From Gemmatimonadota bacterium (lineage in GTDB: Bacteria > JBHIER01 > G020348925), in assembly GCA_020348925.1 (NCBI GenBank), contig CP070758.1, positions 2,371,688 through 2,435,687 of the forward strand: a stretch of 64,000 nucleotides of DNA, written 5' to 3'. The translations under genes were made by a program, and so were the position numbers. The notes under the pieces were generated by a model, which saw only the letters and a program-made list of their open reading frames with translations, ran no database searches and was not told the DNA's origin. Position 1 is the first letter of the stretch. Every line of letters starts with the position of its first letter. Shown in pieces: positions 39,975-49,628 of the stretch.

Positions 39975-42587
39975 ATGATCAGAAAAGGATTGATTCTTGT
40001 GGTAGTTGTGTCTCTCTTCTCCCTGCTTTTTGCTCAAACGGAAGCCGATGCAGAAAGGTTCAAGAGCAACGTTCAAAAAAAAGTATATTCTGTCCCAAGC
40101 CAGGAACAAAAGATTCGGCCTATTCAATCGGAGAAGCCTCAGGCAGTGATCCGATCTTTTTTCGGTGAGGGAGACACCCTTCAAAATGATGATTACCCGA
40201 CCAATTGCGGAGAATATGTTCACTATTTCCGGGACGTGGATTACAATGCGGCAAAATTTTCTCCATTGAAGAATTGCACGTTAGATTCGGTTCTGTTCCT
40301 TTTTTGGGTGCCACCCGATTCTGCCTATGTTTTTCAAGAGTGTAGCCTTTTTGTTTGGAACGATTCGGGCATGAACATGCCGGGGAACCGAAGATTTGCC
40401 GAAGCATTTGTACTGCCTTCATTTTTTCCCGGCGAAATTAAATGGCTCATCTGGGATATGTCCCAGGTGGAGCTCACGTTCTCATCGGACTTCTGGATTG
40501 GCTATAAAAAAATGGCTGTGGGACCTCCTTTCTCTATAATAGACTGCACGTCAACGGCCGAAATGCGCAATATGTGGCGAACGTTTCCGACCGATTCATG
40601 GATGTCCTGGCAGGAGAACGATGTCGTCATCCGCGCCATGGTGACCTACCATTCCGGGATCACGGCATCCGAAGATTTTCACAATTTTGGAGATGTCGGG
40701 ATAGGGTGTTCGTCAAATTGGGTCCTGAACATTTCAAATCCGGGGACCGAAGCGGTGACTGTGAGCGACGTCACTTCAGATCAAACGGAGTTTAGTGTGA
40801 ACATTACTTCCTTCACTTTGAATCCGGGCGCAGAGCAGGACATCACCGTTCTCTTTGCACCTCTGAACGTGGGGGAAATTTCCGGGGGACTCGCTCTTCT
40901 GACCAATGAAGAAACAGACACGCTCCACGTTTCGCTTCGCGGTAGCGGGATTCTCGAAAACGTTGCCCCAGATATCACTTTTAACCCAGCCTCGGTTTCA
41001 ATCCCAAGCGTCGAACATTCGGCGACCATCAATACGATTACGATAACCGATAACTGCACCCTTGAGAAGGCCCGCCTTTTTTATCGAAAAGGCGGGACGA
41101 CCTCCTATGACTCTTTGGAACTTCAGGGGGTGGGTGGAACAAGTTACAGCGGAACGATTCCCAGTTCTTCGGTCACGCCTCGGGGAGTGGAATATTACAT
41201 GAAAGCAATCGACATGAGTGGCAACAGTGCAACCTCCCCATCAACAGATCCCGGGATCAATCCTCATGTTCTGCGTGTCAATGTCCCCGATTTGACCAAA
41301 ACTCCCGAGCAGCCTGCGGGGTTCTATCGGATGATATCCGTTCCTCTCAATTTGGATGACGAATCCCCTGATGCAGTCCTGGTGGATGATCTGGGGAGCT
41401 ATGATAACACCGTATGGCGGCTTTTCCACTATCAGGGGAGTGATTACGTTGAATACGGAGAAGGCATAGAGAGTTTTACCTCAGGTAATGGATTTTGGCT
41501 TATCACCAAGAATGCCAAGACGATTGATAGCGGATCGGGTCAATCGGTTACGACGGCATCGAACTTTGTCATTTCCCTTCAACCCGGATGGAATATGATC
41601 GCCAATCCCTTCTACTTTGACGTTGCTTGGAATGAGGTGATCAGAGATGATGCGGTGGAGGAATCGTTCTGGGGATATGATGGTCAAGGCTATGTCGAGA
41701 AGTCTCGATTGGTTCCCTGGGAGGGTTATTTTCTCAAGAATCGGGAAAGTTACCCTGTGAATATCGAAATCCCTCCGAAGGAGGCTGGTGGATCAACCAA
41801 ATCAGGGTTTGTGTCATTCGCCGAGAATATGAATTTGGAAGGGGAGTGGTGGATTCAGATCCGGGCCCGAGTGGGTGATTTCTGCGATTCAAAGAATTAC
41901 ATCGGCCATTGTGCCGGTTCTCGTCTCGAGTGGGATGCGATGGATCTCTCAGAGCCACCGAAGCCGCCGGGCGACTATGTGGCGCTCTATTTTCCCCACC
42001 ACAACTGGGAGAACTATCCGGGATGCTACACGACTGATTTCAGGTCGATGGCGGAAGAAGGAACAGTCTGGGACTTTCGCGTCGACACGAATACTCCGGA
42101 GTTCCATGGTCATCTGGAATTCGGAAATCTCTCCTCGGTCCCGGCACATCTTGAGGTTTTTTTGCTCGATATCTCGTCCCGCAAAGCTGTGGATGTTCGA
42201 TCGAACGAAGACTACGCGTTCAGGGCGCAAACCGGTCGCTCCTTTTCTATTGCCGTGGGCCCTAAGGATTTCACTTTGCCGTACTGTGAGAGTGAAATTT
42301 CCGTTCCTGAAGAGTATGCTCTCCGGCAGAATTACCCCAATCCCTTTAACGCCGAGACACGAATTTGTTATGAGCTGCCCCAGCCCTGCCACGTGACGTT
42401 GAAAATCTTCAATCTCGTGGGGCAGGAGGTGAGAACACTTGTCGAGAGTGAGAGGGACGCAGGATACCAAGCGATACCCTGGGACGGAAAGAACAGCCAT
42501 GGCATCGATGTGTCCAGCGGAGCGTATCTGTATGTCCTCGAGACGGAGTATTTCAGACAGACGAAAAGCCTCATTCTCCTCAGGTGA
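39975..42587 (+). CDS. Large secreted multidomain protein with FlgD-Ig-like C-terminal domain
   Basis: Signal peptide, jelly-roll-like domain, Ig domains, LQPGWNMIANP, C-terminal QNYPNPFNAET…IFNLVGQEVRTL…WDGK…SG.YLY. Confidence 0.8.
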   Translation: MIRKGLILVVVVSLFSLLFAQTEADAERFKSNVQKKVYSVPSQEQKIRPIQSEKPQAVIRSFFGEGDTLQNDDYPTNCGEYVHYFRDVDYNAAKFSPLKNCTLDSVLFLFWVPPDSAYVFQECSLFVWNDSGMNMPGNRRFAEAFVLPSFFPGEIKWLIWDMSQVELTFSSDFWIGYKKMAVGPPFSIIDCTSTAEMRNMWRTFPTDSWMSWQENDVVIRAMVTYHSGITASEDFHNFGDVGIGCSSNWVLNISNPGTEAVTVSDVTSDQTEFSVNITSFTLNPGAEQDITVLFAPLNVGEISGGLALLTNEETDTLHVSLRGSGILENVAPDITFNPASVSIPSVEHSATINTITITDNCTLEKARLFYRKGGTTSYDSLELQGVGGTSYSGTIPSSSVTPRGVEYYMKAIDMSGNSATSPSTDPGINPHVLRVNVPDLTKTPEQPAGFYRMISVPLNLDDESPDAVLVDDLGSYDNTVWRLFHYQGSDYVEYGEGIESFTSGNGFWLITKNAKTIDSGSGQSVTTASNFVISLQPGWNMIANPFYFDVAWNEVIRDDAVEESFWGYDGQGYVEKSRLVPWEGYFLKNRESYPVNIEIPPKEAGGSTKSGFVSFAENMNLEGEWWIQIRARVGDFCDSKNYIGHCAGSRLEWDAMDLSEPPKPPGDYVALYFPHHNWENYPGCYTTDFRSMAEEGTVWDFRVDTNTPEFHGHLEFGNLSSVPAHLEVFLLDISSRKAVDVRSNEDYAFRAQTGRSFSIAVGPKDFTLPYCESEISVPEEYALRQNYPNPFNAETRICYELPQPCHVTLKIFNLVGQEVRTLVESERDAGYQAIPWDGKNSHGIDVSSGAYLYVLETEYFRQTKSLILLR

Positions 42588-42821
42588 TGGGACCTGATGC
42601 CGCGGGGGGACGAAGGAAAAAAGATCGGAGTTGCCATCCAAGCACATTTCCGAAAGATCGAGACGAATACGCATAGTTGACAGCCATGATTGTGAGTAGA
42701 ATCCTTTGATGGGTGTTCGGTGATACCTATGACGAGGGGTACGAAATCACCCACACATTGAAATACCCGGTAAATCATACTCAAACACATTTGTCTGCGT
42801 TCTTGGCAGAGGAAGGGTATC

Positions 42822-45800
42822 ATGAGAACCATGAGGTGGCGGATCCTGGTTTGTACAGGTCTCCTGTTTGTGACAACGGGTCTCTTTTCAAAAGTGAGTT
42901 CCACGCAACAAGGAAAACAGAACTGTGGTGAGAGGCTTCCGCACATGTCCCCTGCATCTCGATCGGAGGCCCTGAGACTCTCGCTGTTCGTGGAGGAAGA
43001 CGTCTCTCTCTTGATTGGAGAAAAAAGGGAAGCTGTGGACGAACTTCAGCGGCTTCTTCGTGCTGCGACATTGAGAATTCCTGAACGAGAAGCAGACGAT
43101 GACCGACATGAGAGAACATCACGTGAAGGGAACGTGGAGCTGCTCCGGGAAGACTTTGAAGGTGTTTTTCCTTCGGGAAATTGGGATGTTTTTGATTGCG
43201 ATAGTACGATGCATGGTGAGTATTATTGGGGACGAGATGATTCGAAACCGCATCAGGGGAGCCACAGCGCCTGGTGCGCGGCCGGCGGAGCCAACGGTTG
43301 CGACCCAACCAGCGACGATTATCCCAATGACGCCTGTTCATACATGGTCAACGGTCCTTTTGATCTCAGCGACGCCGGAGGCGCCCACCTCAATTTTTAT
43401 TTCTGGATGGATACGGAAGATGACGCTGATTCCTTCATGTGGTTTGTTCTTCGGGGCGACTCTCTCTTCGGTACAATCACTTCGGGGAAGACGGGTGGTT
43501 GGATCTCTCAAAACGAGGATTTGTCGTCCTTCGCTGAACGGAATTTCTTGGGAGCGCCTCAAATTTTTGTAGGCTTCGTCTTTCTCAGCAACGGCAACAA
43601 CACGAATAAAGGGGTTTTCTTGGATGATATCCTTGTGAACAAAACAGCAAGTGAACCGGATATTGCCGTCTCCCCGGATACGCTCGCTTTTCAGGTAGCG
43701 GGCGAAGTGCGGTGCGCAGGCTCACGTTCAAAAGTTCAAGGGGAGGCCTATCGAGGGCAGGGTGATCCTTCGTTCAAGAGATTATCGGCTGATGGAGTTG
43801 AGGGCGTGATTTCTTCGCTGACCTCGGTCCAGAAACAATCACCTCCTTCAAGCGTTCACTTTCGTATCGACAGTGATCAAAGTGATACCCTCATATATGA
43901 TGATGGGACACCGGCAGGTACGTATCATTGGGGAGCTGGGGCGAAAATGGCGTCCCGGATGAGTCCGGTCGATGCCTGTCAGATAGTGGCAATCCAGATA
44001 TTTTGTCATCACGCCCAGACCTATAAAGTGGGCCTGTATGACTGGACGGGCAGCGCGCCCGGGGCTGAACTTTTCGAAACGGGTCTCGTTTCTGCCTCAG
44101 ACCAGGGTTGGAACACAACGGACATCGCTTCCCAGACCATCACCGTGACCGGAGAGTTCGTAGCGTCTTTCAATATGGTGGACACGGTTGCCGCTTTAGG
44201 GTTTGACCCCTCGAACAACGGCAGGGCTTGGGATTATAACGGTTCATCGTGGAGTTCTTGGGACGAGACGTATTTCATCCGGGCGATTGTTGCGTATGCG
44301 GGAGGGGTGCCAGATACGATCGGGACGATGGTTGTCAGAAACACCGGTGGCGTGGACCTCGTGGTGAGTGATATCACGACGAGCCAAGGTTGGATCACCT
44401 CCATCGAGCCCCGTGCCTTTACGGCTGCGGCCGGCGGGACGGAACACGTGACTGTGACCGTGAGCACTGTAGGACTTCCTCTTGGGATGTATTATGGGTT
44501 TCTGAATATTTCTTCGAACGACCCTGACGAGAATCCCTATGTCGAACCTGTGAGGTTAGAGGTCTATGGTGGGGGTGCACCACGTATGGTTGTCTCCCCG
44601 GATACGCTCTTCTTCTCGCTCGGACCCGCCTCTTTGAAATCCTCACCGAGAAAGTGTGCCACGGTTCGAAAGAGCGATGGTGTGGATGGGCTCAAGCTTG
44701 GTGCGGCGGTTTCCATCTCGATCATGGATAGTAATTTTCCGGGAACAAACGGTTGTCTTGGTGGCGAGGCCGATACCCTTTCGAATCTTTTTGAACTCCC
44801 GTTCTATTGTTTTAACGATGAGTGGCAAACGTACTATGAGGCCACAAGATTGGTTCCGTCCAGGGCTTGTACCTTGAAGGCGATTTTCGTATCCTTCTAC
44901 AATTACGAGTCTTTAGCCCGGAGTAAGAGTTGTGAGTTTTATGTCTGGGACGATGGCAACGATCGACCCGGCTCAGCTCTGTGGACAGTTGTGGAGACGA
45001 TATCGTTGCCGGCCGATGAAGCCGGATGGATTGTGCGCGACGTTTCGGAGAAGGCGCTCGTTCTCGAGGGCGCGTTTTGGGTGGGTCACCGGGAAATGGC
45101 GGCGGGTGCGCCCAGTTCCCTGGCGGACACGATCGTGACGGTTGGTGCAAATTATTACAGTTCAGACGGTTCATCATGGGAGGAAGACAGTTATGACTAT
45201 TTGCACATGGCGGCTGTCGCGTATGCTGAAGAGATCTCCGGCGAAGAGGACGCAGCCACAATGACGATCCGCAATACGGGGGAAGGGGTCTTGGAGGTGT
45301 CACGTATCTCCTGCAATCAGTCCTGGGTGCAGTCCATTGTTCCGGCTTCGTTTCTCGTTGTTCCCCAGAACAGCCAGCTCGTCACCATAACAGTCAGTTC
45401 TGCCGGGCTTGAGAGGGGACGGTATGATGGAATTCTGCACATTGTCTCGAACGACCCGATTGCTCCCGAGTATCAGGAACCTCTTGTGTTTGATATTACG
45501 CAGGTGGGTGTTGAAGAGGATGGATCTGTCTCCTTTGTGCCGCAAGCATGTGCCCTGTCTCAGAACTCTCCCAATCCCTTCAATCCTGAGACGCATATTG
45601 AATACCAGATAGGAGAAGGGGAATCGCCCGTCCACACGACCCTCGCGGTCTACAATGTTCTTGGGCGGAAAGTGGGCACGCTGGTGGATGAGATTCAGGC
45701 GTCTGGACACTACACCGTCACCTGGGATGGACGGGACAATGCTGGCCACGAACTTCCGAGCGGATTGTATTTCTTCATGTTGAAAGCAGGCCATTTCACG

Positions 45801-45830
45801 GCGACCAAGAAAATGGTGCTGTTGAAGTAG
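42822..45830 (+). CDS. Large secreted multidomain protein (cleaved-adhesin/MAM-like, jelly-roll and Ig domains, FlgD-Ig-like C-terminal domain)
   Basis: Signal peptide, REDFEG…W…SAW…GPFDLS…GVFLDDI, two Ig repeats ending SNDP, C-terminal QNSPNPFNPET…WDGRD…SGLYF…KKMVLLK. Confidence 0.8.
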   Translation: MRTMRWRILVCTGLLFVTTGLFSKVSSTQQGKQNCGERLPHMSPASRSEALRLSLFVEEDVSLLIGEKREAVDELQRLLRAATLRIPEREADDDRHERTSREGNVELLREDFEGVFPSGNWDVFDCDSTMHGEYYWGRDDSKPHQGSHSAWCAAGGANGCDPTSDDYPNDACSYMVNGPFDLSDAGGAHLNFYFWMDTEDDADSFMWFVLRGDSLFGTITSGKTGGWISQNEDLSSFAERNFLGAPQIFVGFVFLSNGNNTNKGVFLDDILVNKTASEPDIAVSPDTLAFQVAGEVRCAGSRSKVQGEAYRGQGDPSFKRLSADGVEGVISSLTSVQKQSPPSSVHFRIDSDQSDTLIYDDGTPAGTYHWGAGAKMASRMSPVDACQIVAIQIFCHHAQTYKVGLYDWTGSAPGAELFETGLVSASDQGWNTTDIASQTITVTGEFVASFNMVDTVAALGFDPSNNGRAWDYNGSSWSSWDETYFIRAIVAYAGGVPDTIGTMVVRNTGGVDLVVSDITTSQGWITSIEPRAFTAAAGGTEHVTVTVSTVGLPLGMYYGFLNISSNDPDENPYVEPVRLEVYGGGAPRMVVSPDTLFFSLGPASLKSSPRKCATVRKSDGVDGLKLGAAVSISIMDSNFPGTNGCLGGEADTLSNLFELPFYCFNDEWQTYYEATRLVPSRACTLKAIFVSFYNYESLARSKSCEFYVWDDGNDRPGSALWTVVETISLPADEAGWIVRDVSEKALVLEGAFWVGHREMAAGAPSSLADTIVTVGANYYSSDGSSWEEDSYDYLHMAAVAYAEEISGEEDAATMTIRNTGEGVLEVSRISCNQSWVQSIVPASFLVVPQNSQLVTITVSSAGLERGRYDGILHIVSNDPIAPEYQEPLVFDITQVGVEEDGSVSFVPQACALSQNSPNPFNPETHIEYQIGEGESPVHTTLAVYNVLGRKVGTLVDEIQASGHYTVTWDGRDNAGHELPSGLYFFMLKAGHFTATKKMVLLK

Positions 45831-45856
45831 CATGTATCGTATTTTCTCCGTCACCT

Positions 45857-45889
45857 CGACTTCCTCAGTCTCCCAGATGCTGGAAGTCG
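45857..45889. repeat. 33-nt palindromic repeat copy
   Basis: CGACTTCC…GGAAGTCG arms with the same length and ends as 12541-12573. Confidence 0.55.
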
Positions 45890-46005
45890 GCAGGAGCTTC
45901 TCGCCTCAGGCAAACCCTCGACACTCCGCTGATGGCACCAAATCCCCGGGAATGGAATGGGGAACCTCAAGATTCAAACTTTTTCTTTGCCGAGAAAATT
46001 TTCCC

Positions 46006-46034
46006 TTGACAATCCCGTGCAGGTACATTATATT
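46006..46034 (+). promoter_or_regulatory. Sigma70 promoter of the perR/fur gene
   Basis: TTGACA-N17-TATATT. Confidence 0.8.
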
Positions 46035-46035
46035 T

Positions 46036-46054
46036 GATAATGATAATTATTATT
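46036..46054. promoter_or_regulatory. Fur/PerR operator box
   Basis: GATAATGATAATTATTATT matches 17 of 19 positions of the classical Fur box GATAATGATAATCATTATC and overlaps the predicted transcription start. Confidence 0.85.
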
Positions 46055-46070
46055 AATAAGGATATTCTTT

Positions 46071-46451
46071 ATGAATATTAGGCAAACGAGACAAAGAGAG
46101 ACGATTTTAGAAATTTTGAGGTCGACGCACTGTCACCCGACGGCGGACTGGGTTTACGAGCAGGCGCGGAAGATCATCCCGAACATCAGCCTGGGTACGG
46201 TCTATCGCAATTTAAACTTTCTGGCCAAGCAAAATCAAGTCCTCCGCTTTGAACACGATCACGTCTGTCGGTACGATGGGTATACGGAGAACCATTATCA
46301 CTTTGTCTGCACGGATTGTGGGAGGGTGTGCGATATTAACGTACCCATTGATACGACGTTAAACAGGAGGGTCGCACGGGGTTCGGGGTACTCCGTTTCC
46401 TCCCATCGAGCCATGTTCTTTGGATTGTGCTCGGAGTGTAAACGAAAATGA
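46071..46451 (+). CDS. perR: Fur-family transcriptional repressor, PerR-like
   Basis: TRQRETI, HPTADWVY, SLGTVYRNL, RYD…HYHFVCTDCG and GLCSEC. Heads an oxidative-stress cluster. Confidence 0.85.
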   Translation: MNIRQTRQRETILEILRSTHCHPTADWVYEQARKIIPNISLGTVYRNLNFLAKQNQVLRFEHDHVCRYDGYTENHYHFVCTDCGRVCDINVPIDTTLNRRVARGSGYSVSSHRAMFFGLCSECKRK

Positions 46452-46526
46452 GGGTGATTGTGGGGGCGGGTTCGGTTGACAATGTTTTTGAAAAGGTTGA
46501 GAGGAGGTGATATACGAAAGGGAAGA

Positions 46527-46561
46527 TCCAAAATCAAAAATCATAAATTCAAAACTCAAAA
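46527..46561 (+). repeat. Five degenerate 7-nt tandem repeats
   Basis: TCCAAAA TCAAAAA TCATAAA TTCAAAA CTCAAAA. Confidence 0.6.
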
Positions 46562-46611
46562 TGTGTGAGAGAGTTGAAAAGGAGAAGAGTTAACAGGTTC
46601 CTTGAAAGGAG

Positions 46612-46851
46612 ATGGAGGCGATGGAAACATTGAAGCAGAGAGTTGAAGCGGCGTTGAATAAGGTACGGCCCGGATTGCAAGCCGATGGTGGGGATGTGGA
46701 ATTGGTGGATGTTGAAGAGGATGGCGTCGTAAAAGTGAGACTCACCGGAGCATGCGGTGGATGTCCCATGTCCCAGATGACCTTGAAGATGGGCATCGAA
46801 AAGGTTTTAAAACAGGAGGTGGCGGAAGTAAAAGAGGTTGTGTCTCTATAG
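46612..46851 (+). CDS. NifU/NfuA C-terminal domain Fe-S carrier
   Basis: VRPGLQADGGDVELV and GACGGCPMSQMTLKMGIE. Confidence 0.93.
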   Translation: MEAMETLKQRVEAALNKVRPGLQADGGDVELVDVEEDGVVKVRLTGACGGCPMSQMTLKMGIEKVLKQEVAEVKEVVSL

Positions 46852-47040
46852 TCGGCTCTGATGTGTCCTTTCGCAGAAGTCCTGAATTTATTAAAAAGTG
46901 ACGAAGCGGTGTGAGGATTTATGCCTGTCGAGCGTGCGAGGAACTCATCAAGGAGTCTGTGCACCATACACCCGTAAAGGGCTCCACTCCAGTTTTCATT
47001 TCTGTGATCAATGAGGTATTCGAAAGGAATGTGGGAGAAC

Positions 47041-48045
47041 ATGGAGAAAGAGATTGACGCTTTGAGGAATGAGGCCTCGGCTTTTATGAGGTCGCAGGTG
47101 CTCCTCGTGGCCAACCAGTATGACCTCTTTACCAGAATAGAGGGGCGGAGATTGAAGGCAAGTGAGATCTCGGATATTTTGGGAACCGATGGGAGAGCCA
47201 CCCGCATGCTGCTCGATGCGTTATGCGGCATGAACTATTTGGAAAAGCACAACGGGAGGTATCGGAATTCCGAAGTCTCAAGCAAACTCCTGGTTGCGAG
47301 TTCGCCTCATTACCAGGGGGACAGTTTGCGTCATCGGTACAGATTGTGGTCCAGTTGGTCGGCCCTGCGGAACGTGGTAAAAACAGGTGTGCCTCCGGAG
47401 GAGCCTCACGGCGAAGAGGTCGTGGCGGAAAAAGAACGCACCAGGGATTACATTCTGGCTATGGAAAATATCGGCCGGATCAGTGCTGACCGGTTGGCCG
47501 AGAACATTGATCTGACCGACGTGCAACTTCTTTTGGACCTTGGGGGCGGACCGGGGACCTATGCTGTGGCCTTCGCTCGGCAATATCCTGGGTTGAGAGC
47601 GGTCGTGTATGACCTCCCTGAAGTCTGCCCTATTACGGAAGAACAGATTGCGCAGGAGGGATTTACCGACAGGGTGACGACGAAGGCCGGCGATTTTCTT
47701 GTGGACGAGCTTGGGAGCGGATACGACATGATTTTCGTCTCGAATGTTCTTCACATGTATTCCTTGGTCGAAATTCGGCATATTCTATCCAAGTGCTTTC
47801 ATGCCCTCAACCCCGACGGTCGCATCGCCGTGAAAGATTTCTTTCTGAATGAGGACAGATCAGGACCGCTCTTCTCTCAGCTTTTTGCCGTGAACATGCT
47901 GCTCAGAACGAGGGCTGGCGATACGTATACTTTTGGCCAGATTGAGGGAGCACTCACCGAGGCTGGATTGAGGAGGCTGCGAAGGGAGAAATGTACGGAG
48001 GAGTCCTGGTTGATTTTCGGTGAAAAAGAAAGGGGTTGTTCATGA
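47041..48045 (+). CDS. SAM-dependent O-methyltransferase (dimerization domain plus Methyltransf_2)
   Basis: LLDLGGGPGTY, VYDLPEV, GDFL, SNVLH and ALNPDG. Confidence 0.85.
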   Translation: MEKEIDALRNEASAFMRSQVLLVANQYDLFTRIEGRRLKASEISDILGTDGRATRMLLDALCGMNYLEKHNGRYRNSEVSSKLLVASSPHYQGDSLRHRYRLWSSWSALRNVVKTGVPPEEPHGEEVVAEKERTRDYILAMENIGRISADRLAENIDLTDVQLLLDLGGGPGTYAVAFARQYPGLRAVVYDLPEVCPITEEQIAQEGFTDRVTTKAGDFLVDELGSGYDMIFVSNVLHMYSLVEIRHILSKCFHALNPDGRIAVKDFFLNEDRSGPLFSQLFAVNMLLRTRAGDTYTFGQIEGALTEAGLRRLRREKCTEESWLIFGEKERGCS

Positions 48046-49016
48046 AGCGTATCTTCAGTGGCATCCAGCCGTCCGGGGAAATTCATATCGGAAATTATGT
48101 CGGTGCTATCCAGAATTGGGTCAAACTGTTGGATTCATGCGATTCCATCTTCTGCATCGTCGATTACCATGCCATCACCGTCGAGTACGATGTTTCCCGC
48201 ATGCAAAGAAATATCCGAGAGGCGGCCATTGTCAATATCGCCTCGGGGTTGGATCCGAGTAAGTGTACGCTCTTCGTACAATCGAAGGTTCCAGAGCATA
48301 CTGAGCTCACCTGGATATTCAACTGTGTTTCACCTTTGGGTGAGCTCATGCGCATGACCCAGTTCAAAGAGAAAGCAAAGCAGCACTTGCGGAATGTCAA
48401 TGTGGGATTGCTCGACTATCCGGTGCTTCAGGCTGCCGATATTCTTCTGTATAAGGCTGATGGCGTGCCAGTGGGAGAGGATCAGGTGCAGCATATCGAG
48501 TTCTCGAGAGAGGTCGCTCGAAAGTTCAATCACCGCTACGGTGAGACGTTTCCAGAGCCGCAGGCATTGCTGACCAAGAGTCCGCGGATCATGGGGCTCG
48601 ACGGTAAAACGAAAATGTCAAAAAGCTTGAACAACTACATCGGTCTTCTCGAAGATGGGGATGTGATCTGGGAAAAATTGCGGACCGCCCTGACCGATGA
48701 AAATCGAAAACGACGGAACGATCCGGGGAATCCGGATATCTGTAATCTCTTTACCCTTCACCAGGCATTTTCAACCCCGGAGGAGATCGAGCGCATAAAC
48801 AGGGAATGCCGGACAGCGGAGATCGGCTGTGTTGCATGCAAAAAAAACCTGTTCAATAATATGATGGCCCATTTGGAGCCGATTCAGAAGCGAGCGAAGG
48901 AATTGACGAAGGATCAGACCTATGTCGATTCGGTGCTGGCTCAGGGCGCGAAGCGTTGCCAGGAGATCGCCGGGGAGGTCATGAGGGAGGTTCGAGAGGT
49001 TATCGGCCTGAAATGA
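48042..49016 (+). CDS. trpS: Tryptophan--tRNA ligase
   Basis: SGIQPSGEIHIGNY, YPVLQAADIL, VPVGEDQ and KMSKS. Confidence 0.97.
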   Translation: MKRIFSGIQPSGEIHIGNYVGAIQNWVKLLDSCDSIFCIVDYHAITVEYDVSRMQRNIREAAIVNIASGLDPSKCTLFVQSKVPEHTELTWIFNCVSPLGELMRMTQFKEKAKQHLRNVNVGLLDYPVLQAADILLYKADGVPVGEDQVQHIEFSREVARKFNHRYGETFPEPQALLTKSPRIMGLDGKTKMSKSLNNYIGLLEDGDVIWEKLRTALTDENRKRRNDPGNPDICNLFTLHQAFSTPEEIERINRECRTAEIGCVACKKNLFNNMMAHLEPIQKRAKELTKDQTYVDSVLAQGAKRCQEIAGEVMREVREVIGLK

Positions 49017-49063
49017 TGGACCGTGTATTCTGTGTTCAGGAATCAAGGAGAAAGGATTGCATT

Positions 49064-49591
49064 ATGGCGAAAGCTCCAGAAAAGATTTACAGAGAGGCCT
49101 CGGGCAGAGTTTGGGAAACGATGGGAGCTTTGGAAGCTCTCGGGATTGCCATTTATAACGAACAAGCGGCTTACGATTTTTACCGTAACCTCGAACATAC
49201 AATCGAGAACGAGAGCGGTAAAAATAAGTTCAAATTTCTGGCAGAGGATGAACAGCGACACCGCCGGCTATTAGAGGAGCAGTACGAAAAAGAGAGCGAC
49301 GGTCAAAAATTCGTTTACGATTCGGGCCGGGCAAAGACGGTCGATGTCACTGTCGATAGTCAAGCGAGCGCCGTTGATGCCGTTGATCTGGCCCTTGAGG
49401 CTGAGAAAGCCGCTCATGAGTTTTACAAACAGGCAGCCGAAAAGACAAACGATGAGGAAGGGAGACGCATGTTCGAGCGTCTGGCGGAGGATGAGGAGAA
49501 CCATTACGAGACACTCCGCGCAGAACGAGAGGCACTCTTGGGCGGACCATACTGGTTCAGTGCGGACGAGCACAGGATGATGGAAAGTTAA
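49064..49591 (+). CDS. Ferritin-like (rubrerythrin-family, no rubredoxin domain) di-iron protein
   Basis: Duplicated E…FY…ExxH (AEDEQRH; AEDEENH). RBS upstream of ATG 49064. Confidence 0.85.
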   Translation: MAKAPEKIYREASGRVWETMGALEALGIAIYNEQAAYDFYRNLEHTIENESGKNKFKFLAEDEQRHRRLLEEQYEKESDGQKFVYDSGRAKTVDVTVDSQASAVDAVDLALEAEKAAHEFYKQAAEKTNDEEGRRMFERLAEDEENHYETLRAEREALLGGPYWFSADEHRMMES

Positions 49592-49628
49592 GATCTGGGT
49601 TCGTGTATCAAAACAGGAGGTTACGGGC

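Noticed and set aside
42677-42702. Promoter TTGACA…TAGAAT upstream of the 42822 gene
   Set aside because: The spacer is only 14 nt, too short for sigma70.
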